Assembly: GCF_009914755.1 (NCBI RefSeq)
Contig: NC_060926.1
Source: the human T2T-CHM13v2.0 reference genome, Homo sapiens
Strand: one strand, 5' to 3'
DNA length: 64,000 nt
Below, one piece after another: positions 39,702-54,826 of the stretch. Within the stretch, counting starts at the first letter, position 1; every line of letters begins with the position of its first letter. The position numbers were made by a program, and so were the translations under genes. Under the pieces are notes generated by a model that saw only the letters and a program-made list of their open reading frames with translations, ran no database searches and was not told the DNA's origin.

Positions 39702-39921
39702 CAGGTTGAATATCCCTTATCCGGAAATGCCTGGAGTCAGAAGTGTTTGGGATTTCAGATTTTTTTTTTTTTTTCAGATTTTGGGATGTTTGCATATACA
39801 TTCCAATTGAGCACCCCAATCTGAAAATCTGAGATTCAAAATGCTCCTATGAGCATGACCTTTGTGCGTCTTGTCCACACTCAAAGAATTTCAGATTTTT
39901 CGATTAGGGATGCTCAACTTA
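39702..39921. mobile_element. Tigger4a/MER46-like MITE
   Basis: TA-CAGGTTGAATATCCCT ... AGGGATGCTCAACTT termini. Confidence 0.78.
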
Positions 39922-42059
39922 TATGAAGGGCTCCACCTCATCTCTCCCACAAATGACTCTCAAGAGACCCCTCCTTCCATGGGATACACAGATCACAGGA
40001 GGAGTTCCTATTTCAATGAAAGTGAAGGGAACATTTTCTGGCACAGCACTTGAGGGGGTTCACACAACTGGCCCCAACCTACCCTTGGCCCCCGTGTCTG
40101 TCCACTTCTCTGTATACACAGAGAACTTCTTTCTCTACACTGTGCCCATTCATGCCTCTATTCCTTCTGACTGGAAGCCCTTCCCTCCCTCCTCTGTCTT
40201 GCATATTTCTAGGCCTCTTGAGGACCCAGCTCAAAAGTCACTTCTGCAAAGGTTTCCCGGAGCCCCTCCTGCCACTGCCCAGCCATGCACAACCAGGCAT
40301 CGTCACCTCCTTTGTTCTCTCATGTTTTGTACATGTCCCCCAGCAGAGGACTTTGCACCCAGTGGGAAGGGAGTGTGTGGGGGCCCTGCTCACTCTCTCC
40401 CCACCAGACTGGGGACTTCCTGAGGGCAGGCCCATGTCGCATTCACCACCATTTCCTGGTAAGTGGCTCAGTGCTGGGCAGGCACATACAAGGCAGGAAG
40501 TGAATGAGCCAGAAAACAAGACTCAGGCCCTCTCATAGAGTCCTCATGCTACAGCCTTACCACTAGGAAATGCTTACCAGCCACCTCTGGACAGACACTG
40601 AAAACGGAAACAACGGAACCCACCTTTATAGTAATCTGCCTCTTGGCAGGCTGGTGAACTGTAAACAGTAAAGCAGTTTGTGCAGCTTTAATAAACAAAA
40701 GCAAAACAGCACAAACCCTTGGGCCTTAGAATTCTTTAGGCTGGGCTCCTCTCCCCATCAGGAGGCTGCCCAGGCCAGATTGCCCAGGCCAGACTCCTCC
40801 AGCAGTGTCCAAGCCCAGAACATCCTTTCCCAAACCCTCTAACTTTAAAAGGGATGCATGTGTGCCTCACCTTGCAAAGGAACCTGATGAACTGCACATG
40901 GAGGTGGTCATAATTACAGTCCTAACAAATAAGAATGCTAGGCTGCTCAGTGTCTGCAGAAGGGAACATTTCAAGGCATCTCCCCATATAAGTCTCACAA
41001 GGGTCTGTACGGAGACTTCCTATTTGCTTCAGATGGCCTCTCAGGCCGTGATACTCAGCAGATGGGGAATAGGAGAGGAGACCTTAGGAAGCAGAGAGAA
41101 AGACTGGGGTCCCTGCACCTGTGCTCATGACTGGTGACTCCCTACCCACATCACAGAGCAAGGCCCAGGAGGCTCCAGGCTCAGCCCTCCTGCTGCCAGA
41201 ACTCCATCCACATCCTACAACTGAAAATAGCATATATGTCAAGGGTATTGGTTTTGGTAACCCTAAAGGGCTATACCCCTTCACTAACATTTCATGAATA
41301 GCTACTTTATACCAGGCACTATATGCTGTGTCTTGGAGATACAGCGATGAACAAGCCTTGTTCTTATTTATAAAAACTTTTCAAATAACACATTCTGAGT
41401 TTTCTTCCCCCAAAACAGTCAATTTGGGTTGTTTTTCACTTGTACGTCAACTTAGAGTGGTAGTTGTTAATACCTGGAAAAACCAAAACAAAACAATAAA
41501 GACCTAGATACTTTACCACTCTCCTATTTGTTTTTCTTTTCTTTTTTTTTTTTTTTTTGAGAAGGAGTCTCGCTGTGTCATCCCGGCTGGAGTGCAGCAG
41601 TGCAGTCTCACTGCAACCTCCTCCTCCTGGGTTCAAGCGAGTCTCCTGCCTCAGTTTCCCAAGCAGCTGGGACTACAGGTGCGCGCCACTACACCCGGCT
41701 AATTTTTGTATTTTCAGTAGATAAGGGGTTTTGCCATGTTGGCCAGGCTGGTCTCGAACTCCTGACCTCAGGTGATCCACCTGCCTCGGCCTCCCAAAGT
41801 GCTGGGATTACAGGCGTAAGCCACTGCACCCGGCTCACGCTCCTATTTCTAAATGAAATTAATAGGATTTCCTCTCCTTGGCAAGTAGCTGGATGCTATC
41901 CAGTGACTGGTTCTGCTTGTTTGATGGAAGGAGATCTTTCCACCCCAGGTATTGAGGAGATGTTGGTGCCCCAAGAGATGCTGCTCCCAGGACCCCCAAT
42001 CTCCAGGGCATAGCCTTTGGACAAACACACTCCAACCCACAGCCCCAGACACTGTGTAC

Positions 42060-42211
42060 CTCCAGGGGCAATTCCATCCTTCGAGGTGCTTTATACTTGT
42101 ACATGAAATCCAGCAGGTCTTCCTCCTCGTCGTCAGAAAACGCCAATGGGTTTTGGACCTGGTGGGGCTCCCATGCCTTCATACCACCCTCATTCACATC
42201 TCCCTCAACCA
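42060..42211 (-). CDS. REEP1: REEP1 alternative 152-nt exon, (V)VEGDVNEGGMKAWEPHQVQNPLAFSDDEEEDLLDFMYKYKAPRRMELPLE
   Basis: taag acceptor and GAG|GTACAC donor, open frame (supplied ORF 41859..42212). Exon lengths 595+36+152+72=855 nt give 284 aa, matching the long isoform I recall. Confidence 0.82.
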
Positions 42212-45200
42212 CTTAATGTCCATTTACAATCTACACAGAGGAGACAAGGTATAGCAAGGAAGCATCAGTGCAGGGAGCAGGGAAGGGCAAGGTTAGGCAC
42301 ACAGCACAGCAAACCAGGCCTGTGAGGACAGCTGAGGCCCCTGGGTCTGAGGAAGCACTGATGTTTTGGGGGCCTCCTTACAGGGGATCTGGGATTGTGA
42401 AAGTGCAGTTGTGTGAATCTCCAGGCACTGTGCACAGAAACAACCACAGACTCAGAATCTACTGAATTCTGAGTAATTCAGTAGATTTACTAAGGGGGCA
42501 TCACTTCCCTGGGTGAAGAAAGAAGCGGCTTTAACTGAGACACATCAATCCCTGCAGCTCAGTCCTGTGATCCCACACCAGGTGAATGCTCAGGGAAAGA
42601 ATCTCCTCTAGAGAGGATGGCAGCAGTGATGTGGGGTGGGGTGGGAGAGCAGTTTCTATGTTGTACATACAAGCCATGTTGACATTGTATATTATACTTG
42701 CATATTCAATTCCAAGCATCCTGTAAGAGACAGGATATAAAATGCCAGGAGGCCTTAAGTGATAACCTTAAACAAAGCTATATAGTTTTTTTGTTTGTTT
42801 TTTTTTTGCGAAGGCCCAGTCCTAGAGAAGCAGAGAAACCTAAGGAAGGAGAATCTGACAGATGCCTCTGCCAAAAAAAATGATAGCAAGATTCCTGTTT
42901 CAGTCTGCCTTGAATACATCTGCGGGAAAAGCTTCAGAATTAATTCATCTCATTGAACGCACAGTATTTTTTAAATGTTAAATGCTAATACATATTCCAT
43001 GTCATCTGCTAGGCGGTTCTTAGTTGAGATGTAAAATATCTTCTGCCCCTACCCAGCTTATCTGGTATCACACACACACATTTTTCTATGCTGCATCTAT
43101 TGTTTTTACCTAGAATCACAGAATGCAAGACTAAGGGGTTCTCAAGTCATCTGGTCCAATCACCGTGAGGCCTCCAGATAGAAACCACAGCTCTTCCTGA
43201 GACACCCTGCTCCTAAGAACATATTCAGCCACCGAATGTGCTCTCTCTCCATCAACAGTGGACTTGCTAGACTATACCACCACCAGGCGTGGAGTAAAAA
43301 AACAGACAACTGAACCCTAATCTTGGGCAGCTTTACCAGTTACCACTGCTGTGCTCCCCAACAGCCAGCAGGAGGCAGCACAACACGCAAAGCTGAATTT
43401 TAGGCTGGGGTGTGATTGGTTCAGACTGGGCCTTAGTAAGTAAAGTCCTGAGATCACTGATGTTCCTTTGATTTTTAAATTACTATTATTATTTTATTTC
43501 TACTCTGCACTTCCCTCAGCTTATTTACTCTGGGCTTAGTTTGTCCTCTGCTCCCTTCCTCTGTCCTAATCAGCTGCATCCTGTTGAGCACAAAGACCAG
43601 TGACTCCAGGGAGCCCTCGCTGAATACTCTGACCCTCCCTGGCCTCCCCACTCTGAGACCCGACAGTGCTTGGAGGCTGTGCCACACAGCTTGTGTTGGG
43701 TGCCCTGGTCCTCATGTCAGTCTCATTGCCTCAGCCAACAGAAGGCATCCTGAGACTGGGGGGCCATGGCTGATCCTCCCTCAGTCTCTCTGAGCACCTG
43801 ACCCAGGGCTGGGCACACAGTGGCCACTCATCAACTAAACTAAATAGAATCCTGAAGTCATCTCAGAGAGCTCAGCTCTAGTCCCAAGTCAGAGCTTGAC
43901 ACCCCCATTAACCAAACCAGGAAATTCCTTCTGGACACAGATACCTCCTGCCTGGCAGGAGGGAAAAAAGACCAAAAGCCCTCAGACCAAGGCAAAAACT
44001 GCAGAAGCAGCCTGGCCAGCTCCACCCCAGCAGCAAACTCCATGACATGGAAGTGGGGTGGGTACCGGTTCGAGACTGTGCCTCTGCATATGCTGTACCC
44101 TCCACATCCAGGTCCAGGGCTTTCCCTGTACTGATGGTTGTGGGTGTCAGAAGGTGGCCCAAAGTCACCGTGAGATCCTCAGGCATCTAACAACCCAGGC
44201 TAGTTATCCAGTCTGGATTCACTGAGGCTGAGCAATGAACTCACACTTACCAAAATCACCATCATCACTATAATCTCAGGACTGAAACCAAAATGGCTTT
44301 GTGCATGTTCTCCACTGCAAGGATTGCAGGGTAGAAAAGAAATGACCCTCCAGCCCAGTAGGAGTGATGGTTCAAGGACAACCCAGATATCCAAGCAGGA
44401 ATAGAAACAAGTGCTCAGCTCAGCAGAGGCTGGGAGCAAAAGAGGCCAGTGTGGGCAGTGAGGGAGCCAGAATAGCCTCAGGAAGAAGCTACAGAGAGAA
44501 CCTCCTAAGAAGAGAAGACATCTCCTAGTCACTGTGTCCGCTGAGCATTTCTGCCAAGAGTGTTGTCTATAATATTTGCCTTACTCTCAGAACCAGTGAG
44601 AATAAACATTCTAAATAAGACAAGCTTCCACGCCTCTAGCTGGCTGTTGCACAGTGGACTGAATCTCTTAATAATTGTATTTCCCTCTTTGCAGTGGTTT
44701 CAAGGAAGCCAGGTGTCTCAACAGTCTACACCTTGATGGCATGCATTTAAAATGTCCTTCTCCCCACTGATTCCATCTTACTTGCCCACTCCCTTCTCCC
44801 CATGCTTCAATTTTCTTACTTTGATTTGCTACTTTAGATATATTTCCACAAGTAGACCTAACTCCTTTTTATATCAGGAAGGAGTATAAATGGAGAAATG
44901 AACCCCACAGAACATAGTCCCAAAAGAGGGGCACCAGGAGGAGCAGGAGAGTGAGTAGCTGGGTAGAAAATCCCATGCTCTGCCTCCTCCATGTTCTTGT
45001 CCCTGAAGATCTAAAGATTGGTGACCCAACAGGTCCTTACCCCTGGCAACAGGCCTGAAAGAGTATTGCTATCCACATCTTAGTACTCTAATTGGCTCCC
45101 AGAGATAATGTGTGTGGGAGGAGGGTCTCCCGCCCAAGGTCATGGCCATAACAACTTGCAAACCTCAGGTGATGGTGGCCACGGCCTTGAGCCTGCAGAG

Positions 45201-45654
45201 CTGCCACTATGATGCCCAAAGCTGGGTTGCTTCTAGGAAAGGGCAGGGTTTCTGCCGTCTTCCACAGCAGGGGAATGGGTGTGTGGCCTTGGCTGATGTT
45301 TCTGTATTAGCAAATGTGTCAGCAGGGCTACAGCAGCCAGGGCTGCAGGCTCCACCTCTTCTCTCTGTGGGGAAGGGAGGGAGGGAGAAACTGGCAGAGC
45401 CTCTCAGCCCTTTAAAGGCCTGTGTAGCCTGCAGTGGGCCCAGGGCTGCCCCACCCCTGCAGTGCAGCAGAACCTCCCCCAGGTTAGCAAAAACATCCCA
45501 CACAGCACACATTAGCGGGAGCATTAATGGAAGGCAGCAAATGTCTGCAGAAGAGCACGCCTGTCTGGAACACTTACATCCACGTCCCCAACAGCACCGA
45601 GGAGAGAGAAAAGAACATTCCGTTAGAGAAGGGTCTTTGGCACTAAAACTCACA

Positions 45655-45851
45655 CGTGTGCACCATGCACACATCCCCATCCACACACACTCACACACAG
45701 ACACACTCACATACACACATGTAGACACACACATGCTCACTCACTTCCCATGCTCTAAACCTCAGGCAGCTCCTCCTGCTATAATCAGAAGGACACTGCC
45801 CAGAGGCCACACTCAAAATGCAATTCTCTCTCTCTCTCTCTCTCTCTCTCT
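45655..45851. repeat. Degenerate (CA)n followed by a (CT)n microsatellite
   Basis: CA-rich at 45655-45740, perfect CT run at ~45824-45851. Confidence 0.9.
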
Positions 45852-47190
45852 GAGAGGACAAAAAGGATGACTGCTTTTAAAAATTATGTCCTACATGCTT
45901 GATTTTAAAAGGGGGGGAGGGACACCTCTATGACTAACCACACAGGCAGTAATCCAGAGTTCAGTTCTATATGACATAGAGGTAGGCAGAGAAAAAAAAA
46001 AAGAGAGAGAGAGATAATAATAGACACACAGAAAAAGAGAGACAAAGACATGCAGAAAACAATAGGGAATCAGTTGACAAATGGGGCAGGAAAAGAGCAA
46101 AGATGGGAAGAGAATGTTCTGGCATCTGAGATGTGCAGCTTAGAATAGAGGCTGCTGCCCCTGGGGCCTCTAAGCTCTGTCACTGCCCTAAAAGGCACTT
46201 AGCAGCCTCCGAAATGCCTCCTTTCCCTACCCCCATCATGAATTAAGACCTGAATTTACAACTCCTAGAAAATGTTCCTGTCTGCTGAGGGATCCTGGGG
46301 CTCTGCATGGCCCCAGAGGTAATTTGAATCTTCCCAGGCTTTGGCCTGAGTGAGCACCCCTTGTGACAACATTTCAGGGGACCAGGAGGAAAGTGTCCCC
46401 GACAACTGTGAAATCCTCTTACTGCTTAAGAGTCAGCCTATAGCCCCAGGTGCAAGACAGACCTCCCCCAACACCATCTGCCACCACTGCACAATCCAGT
46501 AGAGACTGTCAGAGCTGGGAGGACCAAGGGACACCTCATGGAGGGGGAGACTGAGGCCTGCAGAGTGCAGGGGCTTTCCCAAGGCCTCAGAGGGAATGGT
46601 GTAGGCCAATCATCAAAGGGTTCCTTGCATGCAGACCTGAGAGCCAGGGCACAGGTATTAAGAGGCCCTTGGAGAGGCGGAGGTCCAAGAAAGGAAGGGC
46701 TAGGACAACGGCTTCCAGGTCTTGAGGCCACCACCAGGCCTCACCTGCTTCCCGCTGTCCAGCAACCCCCATCCCAGCAGCAACCAACCTGCTCGGGGAT
46801 AAGGAACCAGAACTTGGACACTGAATCCTGGACACACTCTTATGCACATGCAGCCTTCCAGAACTATTCAGTTCCTACAATCAACCACAGCTCTATTGAA
46901 ATGCACTGGAAACACTGTGTCTGATCATGAAACCACCAGATGTCATGGCAGGGAAGGGCTTCTGAGAGCAGCACAGAGCAGTGTCAGGGGAAGAATGGAG
47001 GACAGGGCAGCCACTCTCCCCGACCCCCAAGTGCCAATCTCCCAGAATTAGAGGCTTTTGGAATGGCTCACAGAATTTGCAGACTCAAAACTACAGTGTG
47101 AATAGACAGAAATCCCTGCAATTGCCTGGAGCCACTGGCACCACAGGGTCATTTCCCATGAACTAGTGTGTCCACCAGGCCAGCGTCTAG

Positions 47191-47969
<779 letters not shown>

Positions 47970-48162
47970 TAGTCCAGGACCCTCACTAGTCCCTAATGTG
48001 TCTACTTAAGGTTAGGCAACTGGAGAAGCAGGTCATGGCAACCACCAGGTGGCTGTGGCTCCAACAAGCCATCACTCACACGCTGGGAGGGCAGCAACAG
48101 GAGTCTCTGTCCAGAACCGGGAGACCTCCACTCTCCCTGGGGTCTCCTGGATGCTCCAGGCT

Positions 48163-48225
48163 ATCACCACCACCACCACCACCACCACCACCACCACCAC
48201 CACCACCACCACCACCATCATCACC

Positions 48226-48258
<33 letters not shown>

Positions 48259-48270
48259 CTCATCATCCTT
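48163..48270 (+). repeat. Compound trinucleotide repeat ATC(ACC)17(ATC)2(ACC)6(ATC)6
   Basis: Counted directly from the sequence. Confidence 0.97.
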
Positions 48271-48386
48271 CCCAGGATTATTATGGCCCTTTCACAGCCA
48301 CTTTCACAACAGCACAGTGAGGCCGGGAAGCAGGGATCTCATCTCCGTTTTAAGAGGAGGAACTGAAGCTCACAGCGGTTAGGTGA

Positions 48387-48804
<418 letters not shown>

Positions 48805-48809
48805 TGACC

Positions 48810-49265
48810 CTGTGGTGGTTTTAAGATATCTCTACACATTCTTTGATACTCCTCCCTTCAAGAGGTGGAGATTAATTCTCCTCCCCTTGAATGTGGGCTG
48901 TGCTTAATGACTTGCTTCCAACAAATAGAATAAGGCAGAAGTGATGAGTGTGACTTCAAAACCTAGGACAGAAAAGGTACCCTGGCTTCCTGCCTGCCCT
49001 CTATCTCTTGAATGGCTCACTCTAGGCCAGGCCACCTGCCACGTTGTAAGGACTCTTAAGCAGCCTTGGAGAGGCCCAGCCAACAGCCATAAGAGTGCCA
49101 TCTTGAAAGTGGACCCTCCAGTTTCGTCAAGCCCTCCGATAACTCAGCCCAGGCTGACATCTTGACTGCAGCCTCTTGAGAGACCCTGAGCTAGAACCAC
49201 CCAGTTAAGCTGCTCCCAGATTTCTAGCCCACAGGAACTGTAAGCTACTGTGTTTGCTGTTATAA
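48810..49265 (+). mobile_element. MLT1 (MaLR) LTR
   Basis: TGTGGTGGTTTTAAGAT start, CCCCTTGAATGTGGGCTG, AGAACCACCCAGTTAAGCTGCTCCCAGATTTCT. Confidence 0.78.
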
Positions 49266-49399
49266 AGGGTTAACCTCCTGACCCCTCCCTATGACCATGC
49301 AGCTGAAAGGGAGCCCCAGGGTCAGGTGCCCACTCCTGGTTAGAAGCTCTTTCCGAGTGAGAGTCCAGCACGCTGCGGAGAGGCTGGCTGCTTACTCAC

Positions 49400-49435
49400 C
49401 TTTCCAGGTCCTGCAGGTGGAGCAGCAGGTACACA
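49400..49435 (-). CDS. REEP1: REEP1 36-nt alternative microexon, (V)CTCCSTCRTWK
   Basis: ccccattcccacag acceptor and strong AAG|GTGAGT donor. Symmetric phase 1-1 with no stop. Confidence 0.85.
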
Positions 49436-50346
49436 CTGTGGGAATGGGGTAGGGGCACCATCAGTGACATCCCCCACTGGACAGGAACCAGCCCCGGGCA
49501 AACAGGGAGGTCCTGGAGAGGTGTGGGGATCCCAGTGTGTACAATATAGGGATCCCAGGAAGGTGGGTCTCTGTAGAGACACCAAAGTGGGGAAAGAGTC
49601 ATCTCAGATTCAGTTTCCGCTCAGGTGCAGAAGATACCCTCACCTGGCACACAAAGTCAGTCCTTGCACCCTGCAGCCCTAGGGAAGGCCGGAGACAGAG
49701 TCAAAGTTCCCTCTGGAAAATAACTCCAAGCACCCCTGCCCAAAGCCTCCTCCTCTCTTTGCTTTCCAGTTCAGAATGTCCTCCAGGAAACCTCCCCAGA
49801 CTTACCTCTGAACCCCAAAGTGCTTCGTATCTGGGCATTTGCAAAGGCCTAACTGGCTGCTGCCTTGTACACGCCATTGGTCTTGGTGCACATCTGGGCC
49901 TTGGCATAGAGTAGGTGCTCACTAAATACATGCTCACTGAGTGACTCCAAGTCCATGGAAGGCCAGGATCATTCTTTCAACATTTCTTGTACACTTCCTG
50001 GTGTCCAGTGCTAGGCATTCAGCATATGGTATCTGACTACACACCTTCCAGCTCATTCTGCAGGGAGGGCCATGTCAGTCCCTGCCTGCCCTGACCCTTT
50101 AAGCAAAGAGGAAAACTCCAGGCAAGAGAGAGGGTCAGGCCAAGTACACTGCCCAGCCCCATCCTGGGTGCTGAAAGCAACAGGAAAGAACTCTCCTTCC
50201 CCTTCTCCAACGCCTAGACCCTGTGTCCTCACTGCACATACAGAGGCCTCTGTGTGCCAGGCATGTGGTGAGTATGTTGGGTAGGCATTTACAGAGGGAA
50301 GCACAGAACCCTTGTCTGCCTGCCAGGAGCTTGCAGCGCTGAGTGA

Positions 50347-50814
<468 letters not shown>

Positions 50815-51475
50815 TGACTTTTATTCCCACACCCCACTCACATTCTCCTTCCTCCTCAAGGAGTGTCACTTTTAATATTTTAATGTGCAACTTTTTGTTT
50901 GAACATGTTCTTCATATAAACTCCGTATTGTTACTTTGCATGATAGGCATATATTTTTTACATAAATTGTTAGATAAAATCTCATTCTGTTTTGCACTTT
51001 TCTTCACCTGGCATCATGCTTTCAAGTTCCACTGTGTGCACCCTTAATCTGTTGCTTCCAGCAGCTGCAGAGAATTCCACGAGGTGCAGCTCCCACCTCT
51101 CTCCAGGTTGTCTTCAACCCCTGCCACCTGTCCAGGGTTTGCAAATTCTCTGGTTTGCTCTCCTCACAACCCTAAGACATAGGCTGAATAGGGACTATTC
51201 GGTCTTTTTTACAAAGAAGAAAGCCTGAGGGAATCAGGTCTGTCCTCTGTGCCAAGGCCAAATCTATGGTAGCGACTGCCTGGGTTGTTCTGAGAGAAGT
51301 TCTGAGGCTGAATTGAGGCTCAGGAGGAAGGAGCATGCCTTGCTGTGCTGCATTTGCTGTGTCTGCACAGGCCCGGCATCACCCAGCCAGGATGAAGTCT
51401 AGCCTCTTCCCCTTTTCTGGGGCCCTTTCTGCTACCTGATCTGGCCTGGCATCTGAGGCCCACACTGGGGGCTGA

Positions 51476-51760
<285 letters not shown>

Positions 51761-54648
51761 TGAGTAGCTGGGATTACAGGCATGCACCACCACGCCTGGC
51801 TAATTTTGTGTTTTTAGTAGAGACGGGGTTTCTCCATGTTGGTCAGGCTGGTCTTGAACTCCCGACCTCTGGTGATCCACCCTCCTCAGCCTCCCAAAGT
51901 GCTGGGATTACAGGCGTGAACCACTACACCCAGCTCCTGTCTTCCTTTTTGAGATGGCTTTTATTTTAGGCTCCAGAACAGCTGGAAAGAGCACTACACT
52001 GTCCTTGGCCTCCCTGCTGGGTTGCACCTTTCCTCTTTGCCCCCTGTGGTCATAGGTGCGGAGGCCAAGGGGGCCAGCAGTGAGGAGGGCTGGGGCATAA
52101 TGCAGCACAGCTGGTCCTCTCAGCCTGGGACAGCCAGAACACTCCCCACTGCCTCCCTGGGGCATGGCAGGGGACGTCATCACCTCTGCTCATGGAGAGT
52201 GGCAGAGCCAGTGCCAAAGCAAATCATCCCAAATGCTTTTCTACCTGATGCTGGGCTGGGAAGATACTCCAGGCCCAGAAGACACTGCCATCTCCCTGCA
52301 GACCCTGCCAGCTTCTTGCATTCCCAGTTCTGAGGCTGCCCTGAATAATTCACCAGGGGAGGTCTAGGCAGGAGGCCTGGATTCTGGGCCTGGGGGCCTC
52401 AGCCCAGTGCACAACCTCTCTGAGCCTGCTTCCTCCACTGGGCTCACCTCTAAAATGGCAACACAGACTCTTAGAGGCAAAGGGACGCCAGGGCCACCTA
52501 AGCCCGCTTCCTAGCCAAAGCAGGAATCCCTCCCTCGAACCTGACCATCCAGCTTTGGCTTGTGTCCTTCCAATGTCAGGGACCTCACTACCTCCCAAGA
52601 TGGCCCATTTTGCTCCTGGACACTTGCAGCATGACAATGTGCCTTCTCAGGAGAGACAAATTACAAAAAGAACAATGATAACAGCTACTATGCACTGGCG
52701 CCAGGCATGGCCATAAGCACTTTCACATGGCTGGTTTCATTTGAAGCCTCACAACAACTCTACAAAGGGGTGTCATTCCTTGTGTAGATAAGAAATCTAG
52801 GGTGCAGAGATGGTAAACAGCTCGCCCGGGTCATGCGGCGAGCAAGTGGCTACCCCCTTCGAACTTCACCCCACTGGTTCTTGCTCTCTGCCCTCTGGGT
52901 TTTACTGAATTGAGGCCCCTTTTCCATCTAAGGGGCAGCTTTCATCTGAGGCTTGGTAGATGATGAGCTGATGCAGTGTGGAGATGAGACTTAACTCTGT
53001 TTTGTATCCCTATTTCTGGGGCAGTGTCCGGCAGATCAGAAGCTGTAGATGCTTGACAAAGCCTGGATGGTTGATGAGTGAGTGACCATGGGCACTGGCC
53101 CCGGAGTCAGAAGGCCACGCTCTACTGCAGCCCAGCATGGGTGACCCTGCACAGTCCCCTTCTCTGGACCTCTGTCTCTTCACCAGTAAAATCACTGGGT
53201 TTGACTGAAAGATCCCTGAGGTCATTTCCTGTCTGGCCTTTTGGGATTCCATTCCTGGGGGGGGGTCCCTCGGGGGGTAACCCCTCCCTGAGGTGGCCAT
53301 CACCCCCACAGCCGAGCCTCCACCTCCCCAACCCTGCCCTGCTTCCAGCAGTGACAGGGTTAAAACATCTCCCAACAGAAAAGCCACAGTCTTAAGACCT
53401 GCGAAGGGCCAAGGGGACACTGCTGAGAGGGAGGAAATGGACGGAGCCCTGAGCTGCACTTGGCTCTGAGCATGAGTTGCCATTCCCAGGCAGCCGCAGG
53501 CCTCATGCCTTCCTGTTGATGGCTAAGACCCCCGGGCATCAGATGGGGTCTGTCAGGACATGGGGCTTATGGCCAAGGTGTCCCCTGCAGGCTGCATAGT
53601 CACAGGTGGCCAGACATCTCTGTTTATAGATTTAAGGGCCACGCAGTCACCAGACAGACATTGTGGACATAGATTCCCACCCTTCTCACCACAGCGAGGC
53701 AGAAGTGGTGATCCAGAACCGTCCCCCACCCCCCCACCATCAGTCCTGGGCAGCTGCTGTGCTCAGCCCCTGAGACCCAAGGCCCCTGGCATCCTCCCAA
53801 GGAGCAGCCTGGGAAACTGTGTGCCCCCACCCTCCATGAGCCTGAAACCCGTGCTGGTGGATCCGATGTCGGGGGGTCCCAAACACGGCTGCATCTCAAT
53901 GAAAATCACACTTCTGGGTCTCACCCCAGACCTACTGAAGCCTCTGCGGATGGGCCCAGGACTTTGCATGTTTAACGAGGTCCCCAGGTCAGTCCCAATA
54001 CCAGCAATCCCACGATGGGCGTGTGACACCAGAGTCAGACATTGGAGGCAGAGGTGTGGTTACTGTAAGGTCCTGGTCACCACAGGAACAAGAACTCAGA
54101 GCTAGCATGGCCCTTGGTATGCAGAGGCTGGGGGTGGTGTGAGGTACATGAGAGGTCAGAGATGAGAAGGAGACAGCAGAGTGAGAGAGAGGACAGGCAA
54201 TATTCAGGCAGGGAAGAGGGCCCGTGAGAGCAGTAAGCCCCGGGTGAGAAGACAACACTTAGGTATCAACAGGTATGCCTCCCCGGAGTCTGAGAAGACA
54301 ACACAGAAGGCTCCCGGGGCCCAGGTCCAGTTGTGCCTGCTGCCTCCAGGCTTTGCCTAGACACTAGCCCCCAACTACCCCCAATTCCCCAGACAATCAT
54401 ATGGAGGAAAGGGGACCCTTTGGTGCAGGTGACCTAGCCCTGTCCCTGATCAGTCACCAGGCTGGTTTCCTGGCCGGGCCTGAGGGGTGCTCCGCCCCTT
54501 GGCTGACCTGGCATGATCTGATGGACACCCCGTTGGTGGCAGGTCCGTGGGGCCAGGGCCAGGCTGCATGCCACACTGCGGACTGGGCCTCTCTCAATGA
54601 AAGCGAGGCCCAAGGAGTGGGAAAGAGGGGAAGTAAAGTGACACCTAC

Positions 54649-54826
54649 CTGAGCTGCTAGCGCTCTCAGAAGCACTCCTGGACATCTTAGGCTGGCCGTG
54701 TTTGCCGCTGGCCCGCCCAGACCCCGGTGGTGGGGGGCCCGAGGGAGCAGGGGCGCCGTCTCCCCTGATGGTGGTGAGGTCCTGCATGCTGAAGCTCCGC
54801 AGTCTCTCCGATAAGGCACCCTGTCC
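54649..54826 (-). CDS. REEP1: REEP1 exon 6, [17 protein letters not shown]...[12 protein letters not shown]; upstream exons lie beyond the window end
   Basis: tgtatccag acceptor and CAG|GTAGGT donor, 178 nt. REEP1-4 family LRSFSMxDL motif, within supplied ORF 54434..54850. Confidence 0.96.

Noticed and set aside
45112-45870. Longest supplied ORF (252 aa, +)
   Set aside because: Non-ATG start, antisense to a REEP1 intron, runs through CA/CT microsatellites, and has no recognisable domain.
47996-48382. Poly-Pro/Ser, poly-Thr/Ile and poly-Val ORFs
   Set aside because: These are translations of the trinucleotide repeat, with no exon evidence.
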